Shown: positions 9,198 to 19,100 of the stretch, in pieces
How positions within the stretch are numbered: the stretch's first letter is position 1
Layout of the letters: every line of letters begins with the position of its first letter
NCBI GenBank assembly: GCA_045630965.1
Contig: JAZQTU010000006.1
Location: forward strand, 16,567 to 80,566
Direction: 5' to 3'
DNA length: 64,000 bases
Source: Bacteroidaceae bacterium
Lineage (GTDB): Bacteria; Bacteroidota; Bacteroidia; Bacteroidales; Bacteroidaceae
The notes under the pieces: generated by a model
Database searches by the model: none
What the model saw: only the letters and a program-made list of their open reading frames with translations
What the model was told of the DNA's origin: nothing
Program-made: the position numbers and the translations under genes

Positions 9198-10532
9198 TTA
9201 AACAATACCCTGAGCCATCATGGCTTTGGCAACTTTAAGGAAACCTGCAACGTTGGCACCCTTAACGTAGTCGATATAGCCATCTTCGCATGTGCCGTAC
9301 TTGACGCATGAACTGTGTATGTTATGCATGATTTCGTGCAACATCTGGTCAACCTTTTCGCTGCTCCAGTTGATCTTGCCTGAGTTCTGGCTCATCTCAA
9401 GACCTGATACCGATACACCACCTGCGTTTGAAGCCTTTCCTGGTGCATAAAGAATCTTGGCAGCCTGGAATGTGTGTATAGCTTCGGGTGTTGATGGCAT
9501 GTTCGCACCTTCTGAAACGGCAATTACGCCATTGGCAACAAGTGCCTTTGCATCGTCTCCGTTGATTTCGTTCTGTGTTGCGGAAGGGAGCGCAATGTCA
9601 CCCTTTTCGCACCATGGACGTGCATTCTCAACATATTTGCAGCCGTATTTGTCTGCATACTCCTTGATGCGTCCGCGACGTACATTCTTCAATTCCATGA
9701 TGAAATCCAACTTCTCGCGGTCAATTCCGTCCGGGTCGTAGATGTAACCGTTAGAATCGCTCATTGTTACAGGCTTACCACCGAGCTGGATAATTTTCTC
9801 AACTGTGTACTGAGCTACATTTCCAGAACCTGACACAAGGCATGTCTTGCCTGCAATGTCAAGACCGCGTGTCTTGAGCATCTCCTGGAGGAAGTAGATG
9901 TTTCCGTATCCTGTAGCTTCGGGGCGAATGAGTGAACCGCCGAATTCAAGACCTTTACCTGTGAATACACCATTGAATTCGCGTGTGAGTTTCTTGTACA
10001 TACCGAACATGTAACCGACTTCGCGTCCGCCTACGCCAATGTCGCCGGCAGGAACGTCCATTTCAGGACCGATGTTACGCCACAATTCTGTGATGAATGC
10101 CTGACAGAAACGCATTACTTCGTTATCGCTCTTGCCTTTGGGGTTGAAGTCGGAACCACCCTTTGCACCACCCATTGGGAGTGTTGTAAGAGAGTTCTTG
10201 AATGTCTGCTCGAATGCAAGGTATTTAAGTATACCGATATTTACTGAAGGATGGAAACGGATACCTCCCTTGTAAGGGCCAATAGCGTTGTTGTGTTGTA
10301 CACGATAACCAGTGTTTACCTGTACATTGCCGTTGTCGTCAACCCATGTTACGCGGAATGTGAATATGCGGTCGGGGATACACAATCTTTCTATAAGGTT
10401 GTTTGCTTCGAATTCAGGATGCTTGTTGTACTCCTCTTCAATAGAACGGAGAACTTCTTCTACTGCCTGAAAGTATTCAGGCTCATTGGGGAATCTTTTC
10501 TTGAGATTTTCAAGTGTTGTTTCTACTTTCAT
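9198..10532 (-). CDS. gdhA: NAD(P)-specific glutamate dehydrogenase
   Basis: 444-aa ORF with the Glu/Leu/Phe/Val dehydrogenase signature LPMGGAKGGSDFNPKGKSD, plus KGGIRFHPSV and the GSGNVAQY Rossmann motif. Confidence 0.95.
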   Translation of the reverse strand: MKVETTLENLKKRFPNEPEYFQAVEEVLRSIEEEYNKHPEFEANNLIERLCIPDRIFTFRVTWVDDNGNVQVNTGYRVQHNNAIGPYKGGIRFHPSVNIGILKYLAFEQTFKNSLTTLPMGGAKGGSDFNPKGKSDNEVMRFCQAFITELWRNIGPEMDVPAGDIGVGGREVGYMFGMYKKLTREFNGVFTGKGLEFGGSLIRPEATGYGNIYFLQEMLKTRGLDIAGKTCLVSGSGNVAQYTVEKIIQLGGKPVTMSDSNGYIYDPDGIDREKLDFIMELKNVRRGRIKEYADKYGCKYVENARPWCEKGDIALPSATQNEINGDDAKALVANGVIAVSEGANMPSTPEAIHTFQAAKILYAPGKASNAGGVSVSGLEMSQNSGKINWSSEKVDQMLHEIMHNIHSSCVKYGTCEDGYIDYVKGANVAGFLKVAKAMMAQGIV

Positions 10533-10931
10533 TTTTATATTGTTTTATTTATTTGTTCAATTATATGTCTGCCTTTCGGGTGTTTTTTATTCAGACCGCG
10601 CAAAGATATAAAAGAAGTTTTGAAAACATGAAGAAATGTAAGTTTTTTTTTGAATATAAGAGAAAAAAGTTTGTTATTTGCTTTAATTGTTGACAAAAAG
10701 ATTATTGACTGCGTTTGCTTATGGCTTTTTGTACTGCGATTGTCCTTTTTTGCACTTTTTGCTTCGTAAAATGTTACAAAAGCATAAAAATAATTTATAT
10801 TATTTTATCGTTCCGTTTTGTTGGAGTATCTTTGTGGCTGATATTGCAATAATATGCATGTGTGACAGTTGGGGCTTGTTGTCTTGTTTGTTAGGCAATA
10901 TCCCGTTTGTAAAACAGAAAATCGTATTATT

Positions 10932-13900
10932 ATGAGAAGAATATTTACTTCGTTTTTCTTGATGTTGTTTGCGTTTGCAGTACAGGCGCAGTATATTCCT
11001 AACTCTGATTTTGAACAATGGGAGAGTGCCGGAAGTTCATATCAGTCATCTGACGGTGGATATGGAATGCGTACGCGTCCAGGTAACGAACCTACAAGTT
11101 GGGAAGGTTCCAGTGTGAACCAAAAAGTCTCTGGTGTAGAAAAGAAAGAAACACTTATATTTTCATCTACAAGTTACAACGGCTCTACTTCTGTAAAAAT
11201 GATAAATAAATGGGTAGGTGCAAATATCCTTGGAATAAAGATAGGTGACGAGGCTCCAGGTTTCATAAGTTTTGCAACCCCATGGGTGTATGCAGTCAAG
11301 GATGTGAACAGTTGTGATGGCGGCGTTTATGGCGGTTTGAATTTTTCTTATCGTCCCGATGCTATAAAAGGCCGTTTTAAGAGAAGTGGTGGCACGGGAG
11401 AAAAAGCTCATATTATTGTTTACCTCTGGAATGGAACATTCAAGAATGCCATAAAATCGAAAAATTCAAATGATGTCCAAAACAATACAGATCGTGCTGT
11501 TATGGGTAGAGTGTCAAGCACTGACTCAAGCGGTAAACGTATAGCAAGTTGTGACTATGAATTCACTTCAACTAATGATTGGGAAGAAATTAACATACCA
11601 TTGAATTATAACAGTGATGAAGTGCCACAAATGATGAATGTCATTCTTTCAAGCGGTGACTATTGGAATCGTAATAATATAAAAGATGGTAGTATCCTTG
11701 AGGCAGACGATGTTCAGTTCGTATACTATTCAGAACTTGCTTCATTGAAGTTCAATGGAAAAGAGTATTTTGTAAATGGAACAACTTCGTATACAATTGA
11801 CGAGGTGTACAACCCTGACAAACTGGTTGTTGCTTCAAACGGTAAAGGTGCAAGCGTAGAAAGAAAACTTGACTATGCATCAAATGTGTTGACTGTTACA
11901 ATTAAGGGTGGCGACTACAGTCAGAATAGTAGCAACAAGCATGAATACACCATCAAATTCAAGGAGGCAAAATCGGAACTTGCATCGCTTGTGTTCAAGG
12001 GACAGAACTATTTCCTTGCCGGTTCAACAACTTTCAATATCGATGAGTATTATGATGAGAATGCCTTGCAGATAACCTCTGACGGTGAAAACGCAATGAT
12101 AGAAAGGTCTTTTGACAAATTGACGAATGTTCTGACTATTACAATTAAAGGTGAGGATTATGCTGCTAACCCGAACAGCAAGCATGTGTATACTGTAAAC
12201 TTCAGAAAATCAAAATCAGAACTTGCATCATTGTTGTATAATGGTCAGGAGTATTATGAAGCAGGAAAGACATCATATAATATAGATAAGGTATATAACG
12301 AAGCAAAAATTCAGTTAATACCGAATGGGGACGATGCTGTAGTTGAGAAGGTTTATGATGCTTCATCATGTGTGTTGACCATAACTGTAAAGGGTGGGGA
12401 TTATGCATTGAACGACAAGAGCGTGCATGTGTATACAGTCCGTTTCATGCCCGACCCGGGTGTAGCTTATTCGGAGCTTCTCTCTTTGGTTTACAGAGGT
12501 AAGGAGTACTATGAATTCGGAAGGAAAGTGTATGTAATAGACGAAGTATATAACCCCAAGTATCTGAAGGTGGTGTCCAACGGTAGCGATGCTACAATAG
12601 AACTTGATTTTGACGAATCGTCTTCAATTCTTACCATTACAATAAAGGGTAGGGATTATGAAGAGGACAACAGTAATGTACATGTGTATATGGCTGCGTT
12701 CAAGAAGGAGACGATTGACCCTGCACCGGTGCCTGCTCCTGATGCGGAACTTGCGTCACTTGTATACAATGGTAATGAATACTTTGCTCAGGGAACTGTT
12801 TCCTTTGTAATCGATGAACTGTATGATGAGTCTTTGTTGCAGACTGCTGCAAATTATGAAGATGCTACGGTAGAGTATGCATACGATGATACTACTGCAG
12901 TTCTGTCAATTACAGTAAAGGGTAGTGACTATCCTGAAAACTATGGCAACATCCGTGTGTATAAGGTGGCATTTAAGAAGAAGGTACTTAATGCTGAACT
13001 TACATCACTTGTATATGATGGTGAGGATTACTTTGTAGAAGGAGAGACATCATATGTTATCGATGCTGTATATGAAAGAAGCAAACTGTCTTATACATTG
13101 AATGTGGAGGATGCGGTAGTAAGAAAAGAGTATGACAAGTCTTTGGCAATCCTTACTATTACTGTCAAGGGTACAGCATTGGATGGCGATGAGAATAAAG
13201 AGACTGTTTATACAGTACAATTCAAGAGCGAAACAATTGGCGTTCCTGTGTTTGGCGCGTCGTTGAGTTCTATTGCTGATGCCGATGCAAACAAGATGTA
13301 TGTCCTTTACAATGAGACTTATACAGCGTATGCTGTTTATAATCCTGAACATGAGGATGTGATTTGGGTAGCAGGAATGCGAGGCGATAATCAGGACCAC
13401 CAGTTGAAGAATTCTGAATACTCGGCTCCGCTTGATACAACATCGGTGAATTCGTCTTGGAAGGTTATCAACCATGGCAACGGCAAGTATAGTCTTTATA
13501 ATGTAGGTGCCGGCAAGTATCTTACAACACCGGAATATGAAAGTGGTACCGACAGATTGTTTGCATGTTCATTTACATCTGATGTAGTTCAATTGTCTGT
13601 TGTGGAACTGGGTAGCAGCAAGTTTGCTTTCAATGCTACATCGAACAGTAAGAGTTATATGTGTGCAGCTCCGCAGTTGGATGCACCTGTTTCTGTTTGG
13701 GAGAGCAGTGATGCCGGTTCGGCGTGGAAGTTGATTGAGAACCCGAGTGTGAAACCGGATGAGATAGATTATACTCCGGCATTCACAGGTACCAAGACAA
13801 CTGTACATGCAGAACGACTCATTCATAGCATTACTTTGACAAGCGATGCATACAGCGATGAGGAGGGTAATGTACTCAATGTGGACAATAGCGGCAAATT

Positions 13901-14498
13901 ATGTTACAACGATTATACCGGAACTGTTGTAATGAAGGCTGTGGCAGGTGAAGAACTCTCTGTTGAAGTAAATATCGGAGAGGGTTCATGGATACATTCA
14001 TATGTATATATTGATACCGACGAAAATGGATTTACAGCTTCTATTGCAGGTAACGGTTATTCTCCATTGGGTGACCTCGTAAGCTATTCATTCTATAACA
14101 ATGGCGACTCAAGCGACAGTAGCGGACGCAACAGTGAAGGAAAAACTATATCAGGTAATAGCAGAAGTACTGTTTCCCTTCCTTCGTTTACAGCTCCGGA
14201 AATTCCAGGTGTATACCGTATGCGTGTGAAGATTGACTGGTGTAATATCGACCCAATGGGTGACCGCGACGGTAAGTTCGGTGACTTTATGGCGAACGGT
14301 GGACAGATAGTCGACTTTATGCTCAAAGTGGTGGATGAGGAGATTTTCTCTGATATAGAAGATGTTGAAACAGAAAATGAAACTGTTGAGAATAATGCAG
14401 TTGTAGAGGGAATATATGACATGCAGGGCCGTAAAATCGATGAGATAACCAAACCTGGCATTTATATAATAAACGGTAAGAAAGTTCTTGTTAAGTAA
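10932..14498 (+). CDS. Large secreted multidomain protein (PCMD-like N-domain, 6 cadherin-like repeats, T9SS-type C-terminal tail)
   Basis: The ORF opens at 10869, but the ATG at 10932 gives signal peptide MRRIFTSFFLMLFAFAVQAQ. QYIPNSDFEQWE resembles a PCMD-domain start. Six repeats of 81-91 aa follow. The C-terminus ...VEGIYDMQGRKIDEITKPGIYIINGKKVLVK resembles Por/T9SS sorting tails. Confidence 0.8.
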   Translation: MRRIFTSFFLMLFAFAVQAQYIPNSDFEQWESAGSSYQSSDGGYGMRTRPGNEPTSWEGSSVNQKVSGVEKKETLIFSSTSYNGSTSVKMINKWVGANILGIKIGDEAPGFISFATPWVYAVKDVNSCDGGVYGGLNFSYRPDAIKGRFKRSGGTGEKAHIIVYLWNGTFKNAIKSKNSNDVQNNTDRAVMGRVSSTDSSGKRIASCDYEFTSTNDWEEINIPLNYNSDEVPQMMNVILSSGDYWNRNNIKDGSILEADDVQFVYYSELASLKFNGKEYFVNGTTSYTIDEVYNPDKLVVASNGKGASVERKLDYASNVLTVTIKGGDYSQNSSNKHEYTIKFKEAKSELASLVFKGQNYFLAGSTTFNIDEYYDENALQITSDGENAMIERSFDKLTNVLTITIKGEDYAANPNSKHVYTVNFRKSKSELASLLYNGQEYYEAGKTSYNIDKVYNEAKIQLIPNGDDAVVEKVYDASSCVLTITVKGGDYALNDKSVHVYTVRFMPDPGVAYSELLSLVYRGKEYYEFGRKVYVIDEVYNPKYLKVVSNGSDATIELDFDESSSILTITIKGRDYEEDNSNVHVYMAAFKKETIDPAPVPAPDAELASLVYNGNEYFAQGTVSFVIDELYDESLLQTAANYEDATVEYAYDDTTAVLSITVKGSDYPENYGNIRVYKVAFKKKVLNAELTSLVYDGEDYFVEGETSYVIDAVYERSKLSYTLNVEDAVVRKEYDKSLAILTITVKGTALDGDENKETVYTVQFKSETIGVPVFGASLSSIADADANKMYVLYNETYTAYAVYNPEHEDVIWVAGMRGDNQDHQLKNSEYSAPLDTTSVNSSWKVINHGNGKYSLYNVGAGKYLTTPEYESGTDRLFACSFTSDVVQLSVVELGSSKFAFNATSNSKSYMCAAPQLDAPVSVWESSDAGSAWKLIENPSVKPDEIDYTPAFTGTKTTVHAERLIHSITLTSDAYSDEEGNVLNVDNSGKLCYNDYTGTVVMKAVAGEELSVEVNIGEGSWIHSYVYIDTDENGFTASIAGNGYSPLGDLVSYSFYNNGDSSDSSGRNSEGKTISGNSRSTVSLPSFTAPEIPGVYRMRVKIDWCNIDPMGDRDGKFGDFMANGGQIVDFMLKVVDEEIFSDIEDVETENETVENNAVVEGIYDMQGRKIDEITKPGIYIINGKKVLVK
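11730..13232 (+). repeat. Six tandem protein-domain repeats (periods 243/243/255/273/249 nt), cadherin-like beta-sandwich type
   Basis: Repeat starts at 11730, 11973, 12216, 12471, 12744 and 12993. Each has (S/A)EL(A/L/T)SL.(F/Y).G..Y(F/Y) ... LT(I/V)T(I/V)KG.DY ... H(E/V)YT(I/V).F. Conservation is at protein level and the DNA copies are diverged. Confidence 0.85.
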
Positions 14499-14524
14499 TT
14501 TTTTACAAGAGGTATCAAAATATG

Positions 14525-14564
14525 ATCAACCGACAGGAAATCATTTCCTGTCGGTTGATTTTTA
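14525..14564 (+). terminator. Rho-independent terminator of the T9SS-cargo gene
   Basis: 16-bp stem ATCAACCGACAGGAAA / TTTCCTGTCGGTTGAT with a 3-nt loop, followed by TTTTT. Confidence 0.85.
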
Positions 14565-14605
14565 TATCAAAAAGTTGTATTATCTTCGTGCCCGACACTT
14601 AAGAC

Positions 14606-16039
14606 ATGATTGTTATGTTGGAAGATATCAGGAACTTATATATAGATAAGTTTGGGGTTGAACCTTTGGAAATTACCAAACTGTGTGGCGCGGGGTCAAA
14701 CCGTGTATATTATAGACTTTCGGGGGAGGCTGCTTCTGTAATTGGTGTTGTTGGAACGTCGGTTGAAGAAAACAGGGCTTTTGTGGCGCTCTCTATTGCT
14801 TTTGCTGAAAGCGCTGTTCCGGCACCGGAGGTGTTGGCTGTTTCGGATGACGGGTTGTGTTACCTGCAGACCGACTTGGGCGATGATACTCTTTTCTCTA
14901 CAATGAAACAGTCGCGTGATGCCGGATGCTTTTTGCAAAAGGATGTTGATATGCTTTGTGAAGTAATGTCGCATTTGCCACATATTCAGTATCGTGTTCC
15001 GGAGTTTTTTGATTTCTCTCTTTGCTATCCGGTCAGTGACTTCAATCAACGCACTGTAATGTGGGATCTCAATTATTTCAAATATTGTTTCCTGAAAGGT
15101 GTAGGGATTGAATTTGATGAAAACGTTCTTGAGGATGAATTCTGCAGAATGACAGCTTTGTTGTTGGCTGAAAATGAAGATACATTCATGTACAGGGATT
15201 TTCAGTCACGCAATGTGATGATATGTGGCGGCGAACCTTGTTTTATTGATTTTCAAGGTGGCAGAAAGGGGCCGATATATTACGACGTAGCTTCGTTTGT
15301 GGGGCAGGCTAGAGCTTGTTACACGCCCGATGTCGTGGAAAAGATGATTGATGCGTACTTGGCTTCGCTTGAAACCTATAAAAAAGTGGACAGAGCTGAT
15401 TTTGTTGCAAAGTTGTCACTGTTCCGTGTTTTTCGTCTTCTGCAGAATCTTGGAGCGTATGGCTATCGCGGGCTGTTTGAGCGTAAAAAGGCTTTTGTTG
15501 AGGTTATCCCCTCTGCAGTTGAGCAACTGAAAGAACAATTGTCAGCATTTACAAATGAATTCCCTTATATATACTCTCTTGTATGTAAAATAGCTGAACT
15601 GCCATTGTTCGTGAAAGACGAAATAAAAGAATTGACAGTTGACGTTGTGAGTTTCTCTTATCGCAGAGGAATTCCTGACGATACATCGGGTAATGGTGGC
15701 GGTTTTGTCTTTGATTGCCGTGCCATACACAACCCAGGCCGTTATGAACCCTACAAGAAACTTACTGGAATGGATGCTCCGGTGATTGAATTCCTTGAAA
15801 AAGAGAGCAATATTGCAGAATTTTTAGAGAATGCCTATGCTCTTGTCGATGAGATGGTTGTTACATACAAAAGTCGTGGTTTTACCCATATCCAGGTGTG
15901 TTGCGGCTGTACCGGCGGCCAGCATCGCTCTGTTTATGCGGCTGAACATATCGCACACCATGTCGCGGACAAGTTCGGTGTAAAGGTTGTGGTTACGCAC
16001 ATGATGCAGAATGTGAAGTATGTTCTGCCGGCAAAGTGA
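14606..16039 (+). CDS. Fusion protein: AmgK-like APH-fold kinase domain + RapZ C-terminal domain
   Basis: 477-aa ORF. The N-terminal part has YRDFQSRNVM (Brenner HxDxxxxN-type loop, 15191-15220) and FIDFQGGRKGPIYYDVASF, as in anomeric MurNAc/GlcNAc kinases. From about 15629 the C-terminal part aligns with E. coli RapZ-C (SFSYRRGIP..., VFDCRAIHNPGRY, LTGMDAPVIEFL, CGCTGGQHRSVYAAEHIA). Confidence 0.75.
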   Translation: MIVMLEDIRNLYIDKFGVEPLEITKLCGAGSNRVYYRLSGEAASVIGVVGTSVEENRAFVALSIAFAESAVPAPEVLAVSDDGLCYLQTDLGDDTLFSTMKQSRDAGCFLQKDVDMLCEVMSHLPHIQYRVPEFFDFSLCYPVSDFNQRTVMWDLNYFKYCFLKGVGIEFDENVLEDEFCRMTALLLAENEDTFMYRDFQSRNVMICGGEPCFIDFQGGRKGPIYYDVASFVGQARACYTPDVVEKMIDAYLASLETYKKVDRADFVAKLSLFRVFRLLQNLGAYGYRGLFERKKAFVEVIPSAVEQLKEQLSAFTNEFPYIYSLVCKIAELPLFVKDEIKELTVDVVSFSYRRGIPDDTSGNGGGFVFDCRAIHNPGRYEPYKKLTGMDAPVIEFLEKESNIAEFLENAYALVDEMVVTYKSRGFTHIQVCCGCTGGQHRSVYAAEHIAHHVADKFGVKVVVTHMMQNVKYVLPAK

Positions 16040-16082
16040 TTTGTTTATTCCGCTCGTTTTTGCTATATTCGCCAAATTGAAT

Positions 16083-16090
16083 TATATTTG
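16083..16090 (+). promoter_or_regulatory. Bacteroidota -7 promoter box upstream of ileS
   Basis: TATATTTG matches TAnnTTTG and lies 33 nt upstream of the ileS ATG. Confidence 0.5.
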
Positions 16091-16122
16091 CAAGATTAAA
16101 CGAAAAAAGCATACAATACAAT

Positions 16123-19100
16123 ATGAAAAAGAAGTTTTCTGTATATAATCAGTTGAATCTTCCTCAGATAAACAAGGAGGTGCTGAATGAGTGGGAGGAG
16201 AATAATCTTTTCTCAAGAAGTATGACAGAGCGCGAGGGTGCTCCTTCATTTGTATTCTTTGAGGGTCCTCCTTCGGCAAACGGTATGCCTGGTATTCACC
16301 ACGTTATGGCGCGTAGTATCAAGGATACTTTCTGTCGTTTCAAGACAATGAAGGGTTTTCTGGTGAAGCGTAAGGCTGGTTGGGATACTCACGGTTTGCC
16401 TGTGGAGCTTGGTGTTGAGAAAAAACTCAATATTACAAAAGAGGATATCGGCAAGAAGATTTCTGTTGACGATTATAATAGAAACTGCCGTGAGGAGGTC
16501 ATGAAGTACACTAAGGAGTGGACCGACCTTACACGCAAGATGGGTTATTGGGTTGACCTTGAGAATCCTTATATCACATACGAGAATAGCTATATCGAGT
16601 CTTTGTGGTGGCTGTTGAAACAGCTTTACAATAAGAACCTTCTCTATAAGGGATATACAATCCAGCCATACTCTCCGGCTGCAGGTACTGGCTTGAGTTC
16701 TCATGAGCTTAACCAGCCGGGCTGTTATCGTGATGTAAAGGATACTACTGCTGTAGCGCAGTTCCGTATGCTCGATCCTAAACCCGAAATGACAGAGTGG
16801 GGTAAGCCTTATTTCATTGCATGGACAACAACTCCTTGGACATTGCCTTCAAATACTGCGCTTTGCGTTGGTCCAAAGATTGATTATGTTGCTGTACAGA
16901 CATACAATGCATACACAGGTGAGCCTGTTACTGTTGTTCTCGCTAAGGCACTGTTGAATGCGCACTTCAACCCTGCCGGTGCAGAACTGCCTCTTGACAG
17001 CTACAAACAGGGCGACAAGGTTGTTCCTTATAAGGTTATTGCTGAATATAAGGGTGCTGATCTCGTTGGCATGCATTACGCACAGCTCTTCCCATGGGTT
17101 AAGCCTGTTGTAAAGGAAGGTGATAAGGTGGTTGATGCTTCTGCTGACGCTTTCCGCGTTATTCCCGGTGACTATGTTACTACAGAAGACGGTACCGGTA
17201 TCGTACACATTGCTCCTACATTTGGTGCTGATGACGCTTTTGTGGCAAAAGCTGCGGGCATTCCTTCACTCTTCATGGTAAACAAGAAGGGTGAGACACG
17301 TCCTATGGTTGACTTTACAGGTAAATTCTGGTCAATTGATGAACTTGACGAGGAGTTTGTAAACAACTGCATAGACAAGGAACTCTATTCGAAATTTGCA
17401 GGTGCATACGTTAAGAATGCGTATGACCCACAATATACTGTTGACGGAAAATATGATGAGGCTGCAGCTGCAAAGGCTGAAACACTCGATGTTGCGCTCT
17501 GCATGGTTATGAAACAGGGTGGTGTGGCTTTCAAGATTGAAAAGCATGTACACAACTATCCACACTGTTGGCGTACCGACAAGCCTGTCCTCTATTATCC
17601 TCTCGACAGCTGGTTTGTCCGTGCTTCGGAAATGAAGGAGCGCATGAGCGAACTGAATAAGACCATTACATGGAAACCTGAATCTACAGGTACAGGACGT
17701 TTTGGCAAGTGGCTTGAGAATTTGAATGACTGGAACTTGAGTCGTAGCCGTTATTGGGGTACTCCTCTTCCAATATGGACAAGCGAGGATGGCGAAGCGA
17801 AGTGCATCGGGTCTATCGCTGAACTTTACGATGAGATAGAGAAGGCAGTTGCTGCAGGTATAATGCAGAGCAATCCTTACAAGGACAAGGGCTTTGTTCC
17901 CGGTGACTACAGCAAGGCAAACTATGACAAGATAGATCTTCACCGTCCTTATGTCGATGATATTAAGCTTGTCTCTTCAACCGGTATGCCTATGACACGT
18001 GAACTGGACCTTATTGACGTTTGGTTCGATTCCGGTGCTATGCCTTATGCACAGATACACTATCCGTTCGAAAACAAGGAGATACTTGACAATCGTGTGG
18101 TTTATCCTGCAGACTTCATTGCTGAGGGTGTTGACCAGACACGCGGTTGGTTTTATACTCTGCATGCTATCGCTACAATGGTTTTCGATACAGTAGCGTT
18201 CAAGACTGTTATTTCAAACGGTCTTGTGCTTGACAAGAATGGCGACAAGATGTCGAAGCGTCTTGGCAATGCTGTTGATCCTTTCGACACTATCGAGGCG
18301 TACGGAAGTGACCCATTGCGTTGGTATATGATAACAAACTCTGCACCATGGGATAACCTCCGCTTCAACGAAGAGGGTGTGAAGGAGGTTGTGCGTTCGT
18401 TCTTCGGCAAGTTGTACCAGACATACAGCTTCTTTACAATGTATGCAAACGTTGACGGCTTTAGATATGAAGAGCCTGACATGCCGATAAATGAACGTCC
18501 TGAACTTGACCGTTGGATTTTGTCGGAACTGAATACTCTTGTAAAGAATGTGAATGCATGCTTCAACGACTATGAGCCGACAAAGGCGGGTCGTCTTATA
18601 CAGGAGTTCGTGATAAACAATGTCAGCAACTGGTTCGTACGTTTGAGCCGCAAACGTTTCTGGGGCTCAGATATGAGTGCCGACAAGCTTTCTGCTTACC
18701 AGACACTCTATACATGTCTTGAGACTGTGGCACGTTTGATGGCGCCTATAGCTCCGTTCTATGCCGACCGTTTGTATAAGGACTTGACAGCTGTGACAGG
18801 TCGTGCCGAAAGCGATTCTGTTCATTTGGCAAAATTCCCTGAATGTGATGAGGCTCTTGTTGATACCGAATTGGAATATCGTATGGAGTTGGCACAGCAG
18901 ATATCTTCAATGGTGCTTGCGCTCCGTAAGAAAGAGGCGCTCATTGTACGTCAGCCACTGCAGAAGATTGCGATACCTACAACTGATGAGGTCATGAAGG
19001 CGAGAATCGAGGCTGTAAAACAGCTTATTCTCAGCGAGGTAAATGTCAAGGAACTTGTTTTTGTTGAGGGTGACGGAATTCTTGTGAAGAAAATCAAATG

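Noticed and set aside
10869-10931. A 21-codon N-terminal extension of the T9SS-cargo ORF (MGLVVLFVRQYPVCKTENRII).
   Set aside because: The internal ATG at 10932 yields a canonical signal peptide. The extension would bury it.
11730-13232. The six repeats in the large secreted protein as a phase-variable or contingency locus.
   Set aside because: The copies are diverged at the nucleotide level and have unequal lengths (243-273 nt). No simple-sequence tract or invertible-promoter inverted repeats flank the gene.
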